From NCBI RefSeq assembly GCF_009914755.1, contig NC_060928.1: a stretch of DNA of 64,000 nucleotides, one strand, 5' to 3'. Of the stretch, positions 1-15,082 are shown one piece after another. The first letter of the stretch is position 1, and every line of letters begins with the position of its first letter. The translations under genes and the position numbers were made by a program. Under the pieces are notes generated by a model. It was given only the letters and a program-made list of their open reading frames with translations. It ran no database searches and was not told where the DNA came from. This DNA comes from the human T2T-CHM13v2.0 reference genome, Homo sapiens.

Positions 1-144
1 AACAATAGAATGATCTCTGTAGATTCAAAATCTGCACTGATCTTTTTTGTCCAGATTCATATTACAATCTTGAGGAATTTCTCATAATTCTTTGTTTTAG
101 TGGATGCATTTCATGGGCTACAGTTTTCATTTTTACTCACCTAA

Positions 145-535
<391 letters not shown>

Positions 536-730
536 TCTCAGTGATTTTTGATGCAAATTCATTTACTGTGTTCACGAAGTGGCCAATTTTGGGACCTTTA
601 GCATCACTTGCCCTTTTAGTGTCTTACATATGTATGATTACCATCAGCACTAGAAATTCCAGGTACTTCAAGCTTAAAAGTAAGAGCTCTAGAGTGTATT
701 GTCTTGTATTATATATTGTTCTGGGTCTAA

Positions 731-1065
<335 letters not shown>

Positions 1066-1169
1066 TCTATGGTTATTATATTACAAAAACAGCACAAAAA
1101 CTATATATTTTTTATAATACTCAAGTTGTTTGACAAAGATACTCATCATTTGCAACATTATTCTGTAAT

Positions 1170-1625
1170 TTTTAAAATATATTTGTTAATTGACAGATAA
1201 AATATCCTGTAGAATATGGTGTTTTGTAGTATATATACATTGTCAAAAGCTTAATTCTAGCTGCTTAACAAATACTTCACCACACATAATTACTTTTGGG
1301 ATAAGAGCTCATAACATTGACTGTGTTAGCATTTTCCAAAAATACATTATTGTTAACTGTAGTCACCATGCTGTACAATAGATTTCTTGAATTTATTCCT
1401 CCTAGGCAACTATGTGTTGTTTTACAGACATGTCTCCAGATGCCCCTTTCTTGTAAATACCCAAGCATCTGGTAACCAGCATTCTACTCTCTGGCTTATT
1501 TCACTTAGCATAGTGTCTTCCACATTTATCCACATTGTTTCAAATGAAAAGATTTCCTCCCTTTTAACGTTGAATTGTATTTCCTTGTGTATACCACGTT
1601 TTTGGAAAAATACATTCATTTCTTG
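1170..1625 (-). mobile_element. Old L1 (L1MA/MB-type) 3' end fragment
   Basis: gtcaccatgctgtacaatagat..., tggcttatttcacttagcata: typical reverse L1M 3' UTR. Confidence 0.7.
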
Positions 1626-1764
1626 GTTGAAAAACTCACGTGATGAGAAGATATTTCTGTATTAAAGCATGTATTGGAATTCCGTATATACATGTTTTAG
1701 TAATAGTTGATTTCTACCAAATGCTAACCATAATACTGTATATGTGTTAATAAATTTTATTTTC

Positions 1765-2064
<300 letters not shown>

Positions 2065-2089
2065 TTAATTTTCACAGAAAATTAATAGC

Positions 2090-2180
2090 ATAGGTATTAT
2101 TATCCTCATTTTACAGAGAAAGAAACAGCCATAGAGAAAAATGACTTGCTCACAACACAGGCAACTTTGACTCTAGAGAT
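2090..2180. mobile_element. MIR fragment
   Basis: attattatcctcattttacagag core motif. Confidence 0.6.
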
Positions 2181-2689
2181 AACACTTATTACAGTAAAAT
2201 CCCTCTTCAGACACAAAATACATGATTATCTTAAACACATTCTTAATAAAAATTTAACAAAAATTGTTAAATGTTGTCATATATGTGTGTGCAAAACGTA
2301 TAAAATATACAGAAAAGAGAAATACTTCCTGTATTTAAACCATATAAACTCTAGAATTGCCCTTCGATACTGACGTACTTGGGAACAGCTTTCCTTTCAA
2401 CTGTCCTTCACCACCCCTTTAGCAATTCAGAATATTTATAGCATAATTTTTACCTATACCTGTAGTCAGTAAATGCTGTAATGTAATTAAATATTATTTA
2501 CTACAAACTCACATAGTACATTATGACTTTATTACTGTTATAATACAAATTTATTTCTTGAGTTAAATATTTGACTCTATTAGTTTAGTTTCCTTTGTGC
2601 CTGTTTCTCAGTTTTGCCTAAATGCTACCAATTATCTTACACTGGCTCCCCAAATAGGTTTTTATTTGTTTATAAAACTTTAAATTTAT

Positions 2690-3339
2690 CTCTAGGAACC
2701 TCAGCCGAGCAGTCAGAACTCACAGCTCTGACCAAACCCCTAGAACTAAGAAAGAACCAAAAAGTTACTATTTAATACAGACTTCAAATGTGCTTTTTTT
2801 TTTTTTTTTTTTTTTTTTTGAGACGTTGTCTTGCTCTGTCGCCCAGGCTGGAGTGCAGTGGTGCAATCTCGGCTCACTGCAACCTCCGCCTCCTGGGTTC
2901 ACACAATTTGCCTGCCTCAGCCCCCTGAGTAGCTGGGACTAACAGGTGCGCCCCACCACGCCTGAAAAATTTTTGTATTTTTAGTAGAGACGGGGTTTCA
3001 CCATGTTGGCCAGGCTGGTCTCAAACTCCTGACCTTAAGTGATCCACCCAGTCAGCCTCCCAAAGTGCTGGGATTACAGGCGTGAGCCACCATGCCCTCA
3101 AATATGCTTTCTTAGTACTCCACATTTATGCAGCCATCTGGGAAGAAAGGAGACTTTTTACAACAGAGAATACCCCTATTAAATATGGGTCACAGATTTT
3201 TACCCTAGTCCAGCCTATCCACCTACCACAGAAAGTAGCTGTAGTTCATTGCTGGGGCCACCAGAAGGGTCAAGATGAAATTGCTCAGAGAAACAGGAGG
3301 GCTGACCAAGCAGCTAGGGCCACCACCATCTCTGGGAAC
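2690..3339 (+). mobile_element. ERV1 pol (RNase H) fragment, split by an Alu
   Basis: Translates to [38 protein letters not shown], a gammaretroviral RNase H. Confidence 0.85.
2794..3097 (-). mobile_element. Alu inserted in ERV RNase H
   Basis: Reverse Alu; TSD tcaaat(g/a)tgcttt. Confidence 0.93.
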
Positions 3340-3692
<353 letters not shown>

Positions 3693-4309
3693 TAAATGTG
3701 GGGTCTTAGAAAACATCTTGTCCCTTCGAAGCATACTCTGCTGGTTGGCTAAATTGCACTGGGAAAAAATAGCAGCAGCCCTATTGCTATGTCACTTGCC
3801 TGCAGAGCAAAAGTTGATTCAGGAACAGTAATTTGACTTTGTCTATATTAAAAATCATAAATAGTCAACAAATGCAAAAAATGCAAAGAATTTGTAGGTA
3901 TGATTAGTGCATTATAGGTGTTTTCAAATTTCTCCTATGATAAATTAAAAATGTAATGTTGGGCATTAATTTCCTAAACCCAGTGCTCAGCAATTTTCTC
4001 AAATTGTTTACAGTTTTTCCAAGAGACTTCAGAACCATTCCCTGGAGTGAATTATTTCCAATGGTGAAGAGTAATGGATGGATGGCATGAGATTCTCAAA
4101 AAAATCTTGCTCCTATTTCAGAAGTGTCACTCCAGCCCCTTGAAGGTCCAGGAAACCTGGCTGAGTAGTGTGGTCTATGGAGGTGCATGGGCTTCAGAAT
4201 CAGGCCAACGTTGATCCTGAGTCCCAGCCAGCTGCTTAGTAGCTGTGGGATAGTTACACAAGACACATCTACAAGAAAAGTCATGATAAAATTGATTGCA
4301 AAAACAGCA

Positions 4310-4750
4310 ATTTGAAAAATTTCTTATTGTATTCATGTCCTTGGAAATGGCTTTTATAGTCGTTCCTATCAAGAGACAGATTCTGTTTCCCAAACCTTGA
4401 ACTTCTCTTGACTTATCTGCACTGGCACAGGGTGCCAGTTTGGGGCCCAGGTTTAAAGGTCCTAAATGCTTCTGTTATCTTTTTCAGAATTCTTCCATCT
4501 CTATGACAACAAGCCCATTTTAGCTTTCTGGAGAATAGCATCTGAGAAAAGCCAAAGTGCCTCAGTTTACAGACAGCTCACTCACAGAAGCAGAGCCACC
4601 TAATTCACCAGCATCTAACCACTCACACCTGAAGGAGCCAAACTGAGCCCAGAAGAATGGCCCGGCTGAGCCCAGCCTAAATTTCTAACCAGCTCAATCC
4701 TGAGCTAGTATGTTTCGGGATTGTTATGCAGTTATAAGTTAGTAATATAT
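4310..4750 (+). mobile_element. MaLR LTR (MLT1-type)
   Basis: ccggctgagcccagcctaaatttctaacc... resembles the MLT1 3' end. Confidence 0.55.
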
Positions 4751-4889
4751 ACACCCATTAAAGACAGGATCTCAGGACAGATTGATCACAAATAACCTGC
4801 AAATGCTTGCCACCCTGTAAGTATTGATTTTCTTTTTTCCTTTATTTAAAGTTAGATTTGTTGTAAGATGATATTGAGTTACACAGAAG

Positions 4890-5467
4890 TTAGGCAGGAG
4901 AATAGGGTTTGGAGGCAGGGAACTTAAGGCCAATTCGTGCTGACTTCCTACAAGAAAAAACACCAAGGTCTGGGAGCAGGGAACCTAAAGCCAGTTAACG
5001 TGAACTTCCTACATCTAAACCAAAAGGAAAGACCTCATCTACACCCGAGTAGCAAAGGATCGAAGGCGACTGTCGCTACAACCCTCCCCCTTGTACCAGT
5101 TCTCTGATAGAAAAGGACAGTGCCTTGGAGTGGCCGTGGGCCAAGCACAGGCCATGCCTTCATCTGCATAGGGTACCAATTCGCCTCAACCTTTGATTAG
5201 CCAAGGACCAAATCCTTCATTCAGATAAGGGGTAGCTGATAGGAACCTCAAAAGGAGTACTTAAAACCCAGAAAACATTGTAACCGGGTCCTTGGGCGGC
5301 TTGCTGGGGCTCACACCCACCCTGTAGAGTGCTTTCTCACTTTAATAAAATCTTGCTTTTGCTATTCCCTTCCTGTTTTTCATTCCTTTGTGTGCTTTGT
5401 TCAATTTTTTTGTTCGAAATGTCAAGGACCTGGACAGTTCACACTCACGGCCTTCCTTCTGGTAACA
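4890..5467 (+). mobile_element. Solo ERV1 LTR, MER61-like
   Basis: Starts aggcaggagaatagggtttggaggcagggaac, AATAAA at 5344, ends ggtaaca; TSD gaag. Confidence 0.8.
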
Positions 5468-5732
5468 GAAGTGCAGGTATATGTGGATGCATGTGATTGG
5501 TACTTAAACTCACACAGTGCCCCATACCACAGGAGAAAAACACACAGTTCCAGCCTGGCAATTAGGTCCAAAGATAAATAGCAAAACAAGAAGTTTGCCT
5601 TTAATCTATTCCCTCCACATCTAAACTCTGGAGGGCAAGGCTGTGAGGAGATCTGAAGACATGGTGCTCTCTCTTCCTGTGGACCCATCATTCCTTGTTT
5701 ACCATCTGATATTTGAAAAGAAGAGGAACCCC

Positions 5733-6341
5733 TGAGAAAGGAGGCAGAGGCTGGTTAGGAAGATAGGGAGGGAAGGTCTTGGGAGATGAAAAACACCCAC
5801 GGGACCACACCTGCACCACCCATGTAGCTAGCAGGAAGAAATGTGGTTAAGAACTTCCTCTTATGCCAGGGTGTTGATCAGAAGAGACTGTCCCACTTAG
5901 GCCCAGGTGTAATGAATCAACCTAAATGTCATTAACTTGACCCAGCTCCTTATAATGTTACTAACATGACATAAATATTTTGGTTTTAGCTTCACTCTTT
6001 CCACCTGCTGTCGGTTTTGCTTGGGCACTCATGGGTAATAACCAAGATGGAGTCACTGTGGTCAACTCCAGGCATGCACAGATACAACACCCTTAGCGGG
6101 GAAATTTACCCCTCCCATTTGGGCAGAACCCACAGAAGACTTCCTCGTTCTTGCCACATAAAAGACCCAGAACTCAGCCCCATTTCTGGCAACCTGCTTT
6201 CATGTCCCCTTTCTGCTGAGAGCTTTCCTTTTGCTTAATAAATCCTATTCTGCTTTATTCACTCTCTGATGTCTGTGTGCCTTATTCTTCCTGGCCATGG
6301 AACGAGAATCCACACCTGGCTGAACTGAGGATACCACGACA
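5733..6341 (+). mobile_element. ERV1-type LTR (subfamily not assigned)
   Basis: TG start, caagatgg motif, cataaaa TATA-like box, AATAAA near 6237, U5-like T-rich tail. Confidence 0.65.
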
Positions 6342-6534
6342 CTGGCACCAAACCGCAACTGGGAGACCGTGGTCTTCACGTGGACGCTCTCAGCTTGCAG
6401 CCCCTGCTCTCTCTAGAGGCACTGTCCCACCCACCCTTGAGCCTGAGGAGAACAGTTGGTAGAGAGGCTGTTCCCTCACAGCAGAAAAGAAGTGTTCAGG
6501 CCCTCACTTCCCTGAGGGAAGAGAGCCCTCATGG

Positions 6535-7140
<606 letters not shown>

Positions 7141-7254
7141 TAGAGGTTCGCTTTCCTCTTCAAATCTCAGGTATCCTACTCAAAAGACCACAGGCCAGAA
7201 AAGTTACGATATCTAAAATATTAAAATTATTATATTGTTTCCATTTGTGAACAA

Positions 7255-7295
7255 GTGTGTGTCTGTGTGCATGCGCGCGCGCGCGTGCGTGCACA
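7255..7295. repeat. Alternating purine-pyrimidine tract (TG/CG)n
   Basis: gtgtgtgtctgtgtgcatgcgcgcgcgcgcgtgcgtgcaca. Confidence 0.9.
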
Positions 7296-7429
7296 AGGTT
7301 AAAAATGAACCATGTGCAGAGCCAGGCCTAGCACAGAGAGAAAGCCCTGACTCTAAGTGCCTGGAGGCACGAGTCTGTCACTCTTGCCTCAATTAGTATA
7401 CTGTGTTTTCGCAATTTCTGTCACTCAAA

Positions 7430-8560
7430 GCCTGAGGGCGTGAAGCTTCGAGCCCTATCCAATCAGGCCGCTGGACTGAGAACTGCCCAATCAGGGATGC
7501 AGCCGGAGAGGAGAGGGCGGCATCCGGGATCTGGCGCGGCTTTTGCCTTTCGCTCCAGCCTGAGCTCGGTTAGGGCCTCGCCGTCCTGCTTCCACCCCTC
7601 AGGGAGGCCTCCGTGATTCGGCCTCAGCCTCCGTCGCTCTGTGACCTGTGGGTATTGGATGATTCCTAGCTGAGACTCTGCTACACCCCTGAAGTGGGGA
7701 AATGGTGAGTGTGTGGGGCAGGTCCTCCCGAGGCGACTGGGGAGGCCTCATCAGAACCGACGGGAAATGGCGGCGGCGGGACCGAGTCTGTGAAGAGAGT
7801 CCCCTCTGCCGCCGCTCAGCCCTCGGGCCTCAGCCCCCTCCGGTGAGGGACTCTGGTTTCTGTCGGTTCCCGCAGGGTGGCTCTGGCCCAGCCTGCAGCC
7901 CTCCTTGTGCAGCTCTGCCCCCGCAGCCGCGCACCTTCCCTGGGCTGTGGGGTGAGGAGGAGCTCATCTGGAAGACGCCGACGCGGCGTGCGCAGTGGGC
8001 GCGTGGGAGGAGCTGTGGTCTGGGGGTCCCGTCCCTACTTGACCTGTTCGGAATGATGTCAAGGCCCCATCAAAACATAGAGTTCATGTGAGCAAACGGG
8101 GACTCATTAATGGGACAGCGCCGACCATGGCTCGTGGTTTGGGGGCTGCTGGCGGGTCTTAAAGGAAAGGCTTTTGTGAGGTGTGTGAGGAAGCGAAGCA
8201 AATCACCCTCCCGCTCCCACTTTCCCACCAGTCCCCTTGCCCTGTGCGCCTCCTCCGCGTGGCTGTTCCGGAGTCGCATCTTTTAGAATATGCTAGTGTG
8301 GGCGCGCACAGCGCTTCGCTGAGTTCTGTGAGTAGTTCTGCCATATTATTGAACTTGAGGAGGGTGTGGGCGCCCCTGGTTTGTAGGCGGGAGTTCAGAA
8401 ATGAAGACGGGTGTCCAGAGGCAGGGACCGGTGCCTGCAGGGGGGCAACTGCGAGAAGAGCGCTGAGCTTGTGGGGTCTGCGCTGACTCTGGGTGGCGTC
8501 TTTAGTGAGTTGCTGGACACCGCTTTGGGGTTGGAGCATTGACTGGTGTTGAGCAAACTC
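7430..8560 (+). promoter_or_regulatory. CpG-island promoter of ZNF91-subfamily type
   Basis: Two CCAATCAGG boxes (7459, 7487), then tccgggatctggcgcggcttttg start-region motif; CpG-rich. Confidence 0.85.
7520..7704 (+). pseudogene. Exon 1 (5' UTR + ATG) of KRAB-ZNF remnant
   Basis: gaaATG|gtgagt: ATG-only coding exon with canonical donor, typical of the ZNF91/ZNF141 family; exon start approximate. Confidence 0.85.
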
Positions 8561-8580
8561 CTCACGTTTTCTGTCAGAAG
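8190..8580 (+). mobile_element. MER21C-like LTR fragment (CpG-rich copy)
   Basis: ctgagttctgtgagtagttct...gtggggtctgcgctgactc...tgtcagaag. Confidence 0.65.
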
Positions 8581-9262
8581 AAAGACAGGGCTGAGCCTGG
8601 GCTGGAGGGAGTAGCATGGTGTCTGCGGGAGGCGTGACTGGGTTCTGCACATGCGCAGTCCTGCTGGGCCCTGTCCTGTTCCTCCAGGTCTCCTCCGAGG
8701 GAGAGAGGGGACTGGAAACTTAGAGGAAAGGAGTTCTGAGAAACATCCTTCCTCACACCATGCTGCCAGCCCCCACCCAATGCTAACCCACTCCTGAGCC
8801 CACCCACTGGGCATTGGCATGGCCACACTCCTTCCAGGATAGGTTTCTACCCTCAGAAATTGTGCCCAATGGCAGCTTTGCTCCTACAGTTTTCTCCCAA
8901 GAACACACAAAGTGCCCAGAAGACTCCTGGCTCATCTCAACCCCAGATGTGTAGCAGGAATCTGCTTTCTTCACCACCCAGTCTTCTAGACCACCTGATC
9001 CTAATCTCCTCTGCCCTTATGGACTCAGGAATCAGTCAGAGTGTAGCCCTGCGTCGGCCTGCACTTATAGTACAAACCAGTGCTTTAGTCAGTCCTGCCT
9101 TGCCCCCACCCAAGGCTCTTGATGGCACCTTCCTCTCTTCTGCTCTTTCCTTCCCCACAAATCCTCTTTCCTGTGTTCACAGTGTGCCCAAGTCCATCCC
9201 TCAGGTGCCTACAAGAATTCAGACGTTAGTAAGTTCAAGACCATGCCTTTAGAACAGGCTGT

Positions 9263-9913
9263 TGTAGGACCAAATACAAATTAGAAGCTTAATGCTTTCT
9301 CTTTAGAGTGTGGGAAGAATTTTTGCTCTTCTCCCTTTTCTTAAAGCATTTAATTTGAAAACTTTTATATTTAAATATTTTCTCTGCTTCTTTGAAAAAT
9401 ATATAAATCATTTTTATCAGTTAACTAGGTCATTTGTCTTTTTCGACTGAAAATTGTCTTTATCTAGGATCTGGAAACTATTGTCTTGAAATGTAAATCG
9501 CAAGAGTCTATACACCCTATGCCACAGTTTTTGTAGGAAAGTAGGGGGCTGCCTTCAGCAGGTACCTGGCTCAACATTTCAAAACTACGTCTTACCATGA
9601 AGATGTGGGAAGTTTTTTTGTTGCTGTTGAATGTTACCAATTAGAAAACCCTGCTGGGACTACAGGCGCCCAGGTGACCTCTCAAATTACTAGGTGACAT
9701 AAACTGTGTATGACAAATGGTGCTGTCATGTCTTGTACTTGAGAACTAATTACGGTGATGTTCTTTCTGTATTTGCAATCTATTAGTTGATTGCCTGTGA
9801 TGCATATCATAGTTTGGTATAATTAAATAACAGAACATTTTCTTGCTGTTCTGTTATTGTGGGGAGTATTTTAGGATTAGAGATGATTTTGCTTTTAGTT
9901 ATAGTTACCACAC
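9263..9913 (+). mobile_element. MER92-like LTR
   Basis: tgtaggaccaaatacaaatt...tgacaaatggtgctgtca...gattgcctgtgatgc. Confidence 0.7.
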
Positions 9914-10064
9914 TGTTCAGAATTACCAGATTTATACATAAAGTGCCCACTAGGCCTCACTTGAGAGAAAACCTTTTTTCTAAGGATTCCAGTCACAATC
10001 CACAATTTTGTGGCAAAGTGCACAAAGTGTAGCAAAGTGCTCCTCAAAGCTGCAAAAAAAAAAC

Positions 10065-10419
<355 letters not shown>

Positions 10420-10684
10420 CTAGATTTCTACAAAAATAACTTCTCAGGACAGCAATCAGTTATTCCATTTCTTTTAGCGCTCCTGGCATCTTTAGATCTG
10501 ACACTGGTTCAGACATCATGGGGTCCATAAACCCAACCAGGATCACATAAGTGCATTAATTAAACCAGAGAACTTCAATTCTCTCTCTTCTCCCCTTGCC
10601 CAAATGCCCACAAATGTGCATAGCTTACCAGCCTTCCAAGACCTAAATGTGCAGTTCCAAATTCTAAATTAATATCCTGGGATT

Positions 10685-11122
10685 TGAGAAGAAAACGGCA
10701 CTTTTGTCTGAGAAATACAAGTTCTTTTAATTATCAGACCCAGAGATTTGTTAAAATGAGACCGCAGTCCTACTTTTCCCCACGTTGAACTATTTATTTT
10801 TTGAAATTCCTTGCTATTGCTACCAGTGGCTATAAATTAACCTAATAATACCACAATGGACACTATAATGCACACCCTATGGCTTAACATATATATAGCC
10901 AGACACTAACCAGTGTTACTTCTATAAACCAATAGGAATGTCTGAGAACTTTCTATCAGTCCCCTCTCTGCCTTCTTTTTTGCCTTTAAAAATACACTTG
11001 TAACTGCTTCTAATTGGAGTGTATGTTCAGGGCAGCTTTATACTCCGGGCTTGCAGTCTTCAAGCTTTGGCCCAAATAAACTCTCTAGTTATGTTTACCC
11101 CAGCTTTTTCCTTTTAGGTCAA
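10685..11122 (+). mobile_element. MER4-group LTR (MER93-like)
   Basis: tgagaagaaa...ttatcagacccagaga...cccaaataaactctct...ttttaggtcaa. Confidence 0.6.
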
Positions 11123-11221
11123 AATATTCTTCAGAATGTGTTGAAGGAGCCTCCATGAGAGGATCTCTCTGGTTTTACTCTGTTTGCTGTAATCCCCAAG
11201 AATGCAGAGGCACATTGATTC

Positions 11222-11674
11222 TGAGAGGAGAGACCCTCTCATATTGTTTTATATTGTTTCATACTCAGTAAAAACAACAAGGAAGTAAAATCAAAGACAG
11301 GCAGCCCGGCGCCAGGCCTCAGCCTGCCTGGCCTAAACCCAGTAGTTAAAAATCAACTTATGAATTAGAAGCCGATGTTATTCATAGATTCCAAACATTG
11401 TATAGAAGAACATTGTGAAACTCCCTGCCCTGTTCTGTTTGTTCCTGATCACCGGTGCATGCAGCCCCTGTCACATACCCCTTGCTTGCTCAAATCAATC
11501 ACGACCCTTTCATGTGAAATCTTTGGTGTTGTGAACCCTTAGAAGGGACAGAAATTGTGCACTCAGGAAGCTCGGATTTTGAGACAGTAGCTGGCTGATG
11601 CTCCCAGCTGAATAAAGCCCTTCCTTCTACAACTCGGTGTCCGAGAGATTTTGTCTGTGGCTCGTCCTGCTACA
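11222..11674 (+). mobile_element. Solo LTR2B (HERV-E)
   Basis: TG...CA ends, gagaccctctcatattgttttatattg start, AATAAA, 4-bp TSD attc. Confidence 0.88.
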
Positions 11675-14169
11675 ATTCCACCTAGAATCTGCACATAAAA
11701 GCTGGCTTCTGCCTAGGATTCACAAGATAGTGCCAGACTTTGGGTTGAAGACATACAGAAAACTCACAGAAGGCATTTTCTGCATCATGAGAGGTCAACA
11801 TAGACATCTTAAACCACACTTTCAGAGTGGAGCCCTTTGAGTTTTCCAGATCTTGTCTAGTCACCTGGTACAACTATGTGAGAGGCTTCTGGTGTGAACA
11901 GAATCCTGTGGCAGAATCTGTAAGTGTAAACAAGCACCTTAGCAGTGGGAGGTCAGGTCCACAAAATATCCAGAGCCATAATCACAACCATAATCACTAG
12001 TCTGCCATCCTGTATACTGTGGTACTGGAGTACTTTTATCTTTCCTCTTGTCTCAGAGTTAGCTGATCAGGGACAGTGCATATGACATCTGGATCCAGGA
12101 TCTGCAGCTCTACCAGGGCAGTTCTGTTTTCCGTTTGCACTCCACAAAGTTAGCCTGAGTCTCTCCTGCCTGGATCACTATGGGGGCTTCAGCCCAGGGT
12201 CACTGAGGACACTCTCACCAGCATCAGTGAGTTATTTGAGACATTTGAGGATGTCCTGTGCAGACTGGGGTCAGTGTGACAACAAAGTCTAATTCTGGTT
12301 CCATTTTCAGAGAAAGAGAAATGACTTATCCAGGGTTTGTTCCTCCCCTCACAGAAAGAATCTCCTTGTTCATAACAGATAAGAGTTGTTCCAGTTTTTT
12401 TGGTTCTTTGGTGAAAATGAGGAGATCTAGAGACTCAAACTGATCAATAAGTAATTGCTTCTATTTCTTATGGTAATTAGAAAAAGAAATGAACCAGTCA
12501 TGGTCCCTACCATCAAGTAACTTGCAGTCTGGAGCACAAAGATGGAAACTGTACAGGAGACTTAAGCTTCATTTGGGTTACTTTTATTGTTTTGTGAGTT
12601 TTGATGCCTCCACCTGAAGGGCTATTCGTGGACTGAAGAGAATTTGTTGTTGTTATTATTATTATTTGTATTGTTTTTAGCTTGTGAATAATAAGTATTT
12701 GGCTCTTAATATAATTGGTCTAGAAAAAATAAGGATTTTGATTAAGTTCCTTCTTACTGTATGTTGTAATATAGACAGGGAAGTGGCGAAAGTAGGTTAA
12801 AATCACACAAACTCTGGGAATAAAATCTCTCTTTGTCAGGCTTAGAAAAAACAAAACTGAAAACACTTAATGGCCTAGAGAGCAGAAGCCTAGGGCCCAC
12901 TGTCTGTCCCAGCTCTGCCCAGATCCACCCTCTGCTGAATCTTGTCCAGGTCTGACCCCACACTGAAATCTCTCACAGAACTGCTTAGAGGAGATAAGAG
13001 TTTGGGGTGGCTACTCCTACTGCCACTCCAGAGCTGGTGCTTCCAATTTCCTGAAACAGAAAAGCAGATAAATGGGGAAAAGCAATATACTTTTGTGCCT
13101 TAAATTCTTTTTTATAAAATTAAAACCAGTGTTTCTAGAGACATCTCATCCAGCAATCTGTTCTCCAGCCCTATAGTTTTAGTGTTTGTTTTTCTTTACA
13201 ATTTTCAAAGTAAATACAAATACAAAAATAAAAAATTCCTCTGAATTGCACTTAACACTTTCTTTCTGTTTCTCTCCCATCTATCTATATTGAACTATTC
13301 TATACATTTTTTAAAAAATCAGTCATAGGAAAACAAGAAGAAATAGAAATGCCAGGCCCTGCATTTAAATCCTGGGAATTATGGGACACTTACTACCCAC
13401 CTCCCAGCATGTTATGAGAATTAACGCACATAATGTGAGCTTCCCAGCAGAGGGCTCTGTGACATACTCCTGCACACATAGTACATGCTCCATAAAGATC
13501 ACATTAATGCATGTGCACGTGTTTTTCAAATGCAGACTTACTCAGACATTGCCACCATCTCCAGCCTCTGTAACCTTTGAAGGGCCTGCAGAGAATGTCA
13601 TGTTTCAGGATGATGATTGGTAGTCTTGTCTTCAGGTGAAAAGTATTTGTGTTGGGATAAGGGACCCTGTGTGCTGTGCCTGCTTTCTCTAGCTGAGTGT
13701 TACTATAATGGATCTAGAGGGAGGAATATCAGCATTAACAGGAGACTTGCTATAAGAAGCTGTGTAATTCATGGACCCTTTTCAAACCTCCAGAATTTTG
13801 TTACTTACAGTAAGGCTTAGAATAGCAAATAATTTATATGGACATTGAAGTCTGAAAGCCAGTGCTTAGCTAAGTGACTCTCAGCTGAGTCTTCTAATAG
13901 TATCACATGGACTGTTTGAAGAGAAACAGCCACTTTTCCCCTCCCCACAGATCCTGTCTATTGTTCTGGATGGAAACATCCCTGTTCTTTAAATTAAAAC
14001 ATGATTCTACAGCCAGGCCAGGGTCAAGCATGAGGGCTTCCAGATACTTAATGAGAGGTGAGTTCACCCTTTGTTCCAGGAGGTCACAGGGTCTACTCTG
14101 CTTGGTTTTCATAAGGGCAGGTCAGTGTAGCCCGTATTTCCATTGTAGCAACAGAAATTTCTGGCATGC

Positions 14170-14757
14170 TGTAGAAAATGAAGTAGAGATTCCTCTTCAA
14201 AGGGACTTTCCTCCCAGTCTAATTGAGAATAAATAGTAACCTCTCTTAGAAGCAAAATTTACTCAAAGACCTATGCTGGTATTTTTAAATATCTGCTAAC
14301 CGTAATAAAGAAATCAATATACTTTGTATTCTTAGCTCCCACATTTTAGCCTAAGATATTTGCCCTGGGATGCCTAAGCAGGTCCAAGCAAGTATTAGGT
14401 CATAGGCTGTTCCTCTTACTTATTTGGAGGTGTTTTTGGCCTTTCTCAGCATTCCACAAGTTACTTCCTCTTTTCCTTTATTCTCCTCTGCCTTCCCCTC
14501 TTTTGGAAAGTTCTAAATTGCTAGCCAGTCGGGACAAGGACAAAATGTGAGGTCCTATTCCAGCCAATGGAAACCAGACACAGCCATAGGGTGGATGCAT
14601 CAGGTTATAAATGACCCTGCCTCCTTTATTCATGTGTGCTCTCATGGCAAGACTGCTAGTGAGTGGCACCCTTTCTACAGAAAGTAAATTAGCCTTGCTA
14701 AGAAGATCCTTTGTCCCAGTGTTGATTTTTGTTGACACCGAATACCCATTCCTGACA
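14170..14757 (+). mobile_element. Solo LTR10-family LTR (HERV-I)
   Basis: TG...CA ends, 5-bp TSD catgc, CCAAT and TTATAAA, AGTAAA polyA-type signal. Confidence 0.82.
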
Positions 14758-14896
14758 CATGCCGTCCTTTTTCCTCAGAGTTATGGAATAATTTAGAGAA
14801 CATTACTGTGTTGAAAGTTATTTTATCAGATAATTATAGTCAGTCCCATAAGTCAGAACCAGCTCACATAACTCATTTCTCCTGTAGTCAATTTAA

Positions 14897-15082
<186 letters not shown>

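Noticed and set aside
7702-8091. 129-aa ORF from the exon-1 ATG
   Set aside because: Read-through past a canonical donor into GC-rich intron; no recognisable domain
8159-9252. Overlapping 100-160 aa ORFs
   Set aside because: Stop-poor GC-rich LTR-derived sequence; the paralogous copy at 39-40 kb does not keep the frames
9653-9670. 18-nt Alu-like motif gctgggactacaggcgcc inside the MER92-like LTR
   Set aside because: Too short to distinguish a templated insertion from chance or a deletion remnant
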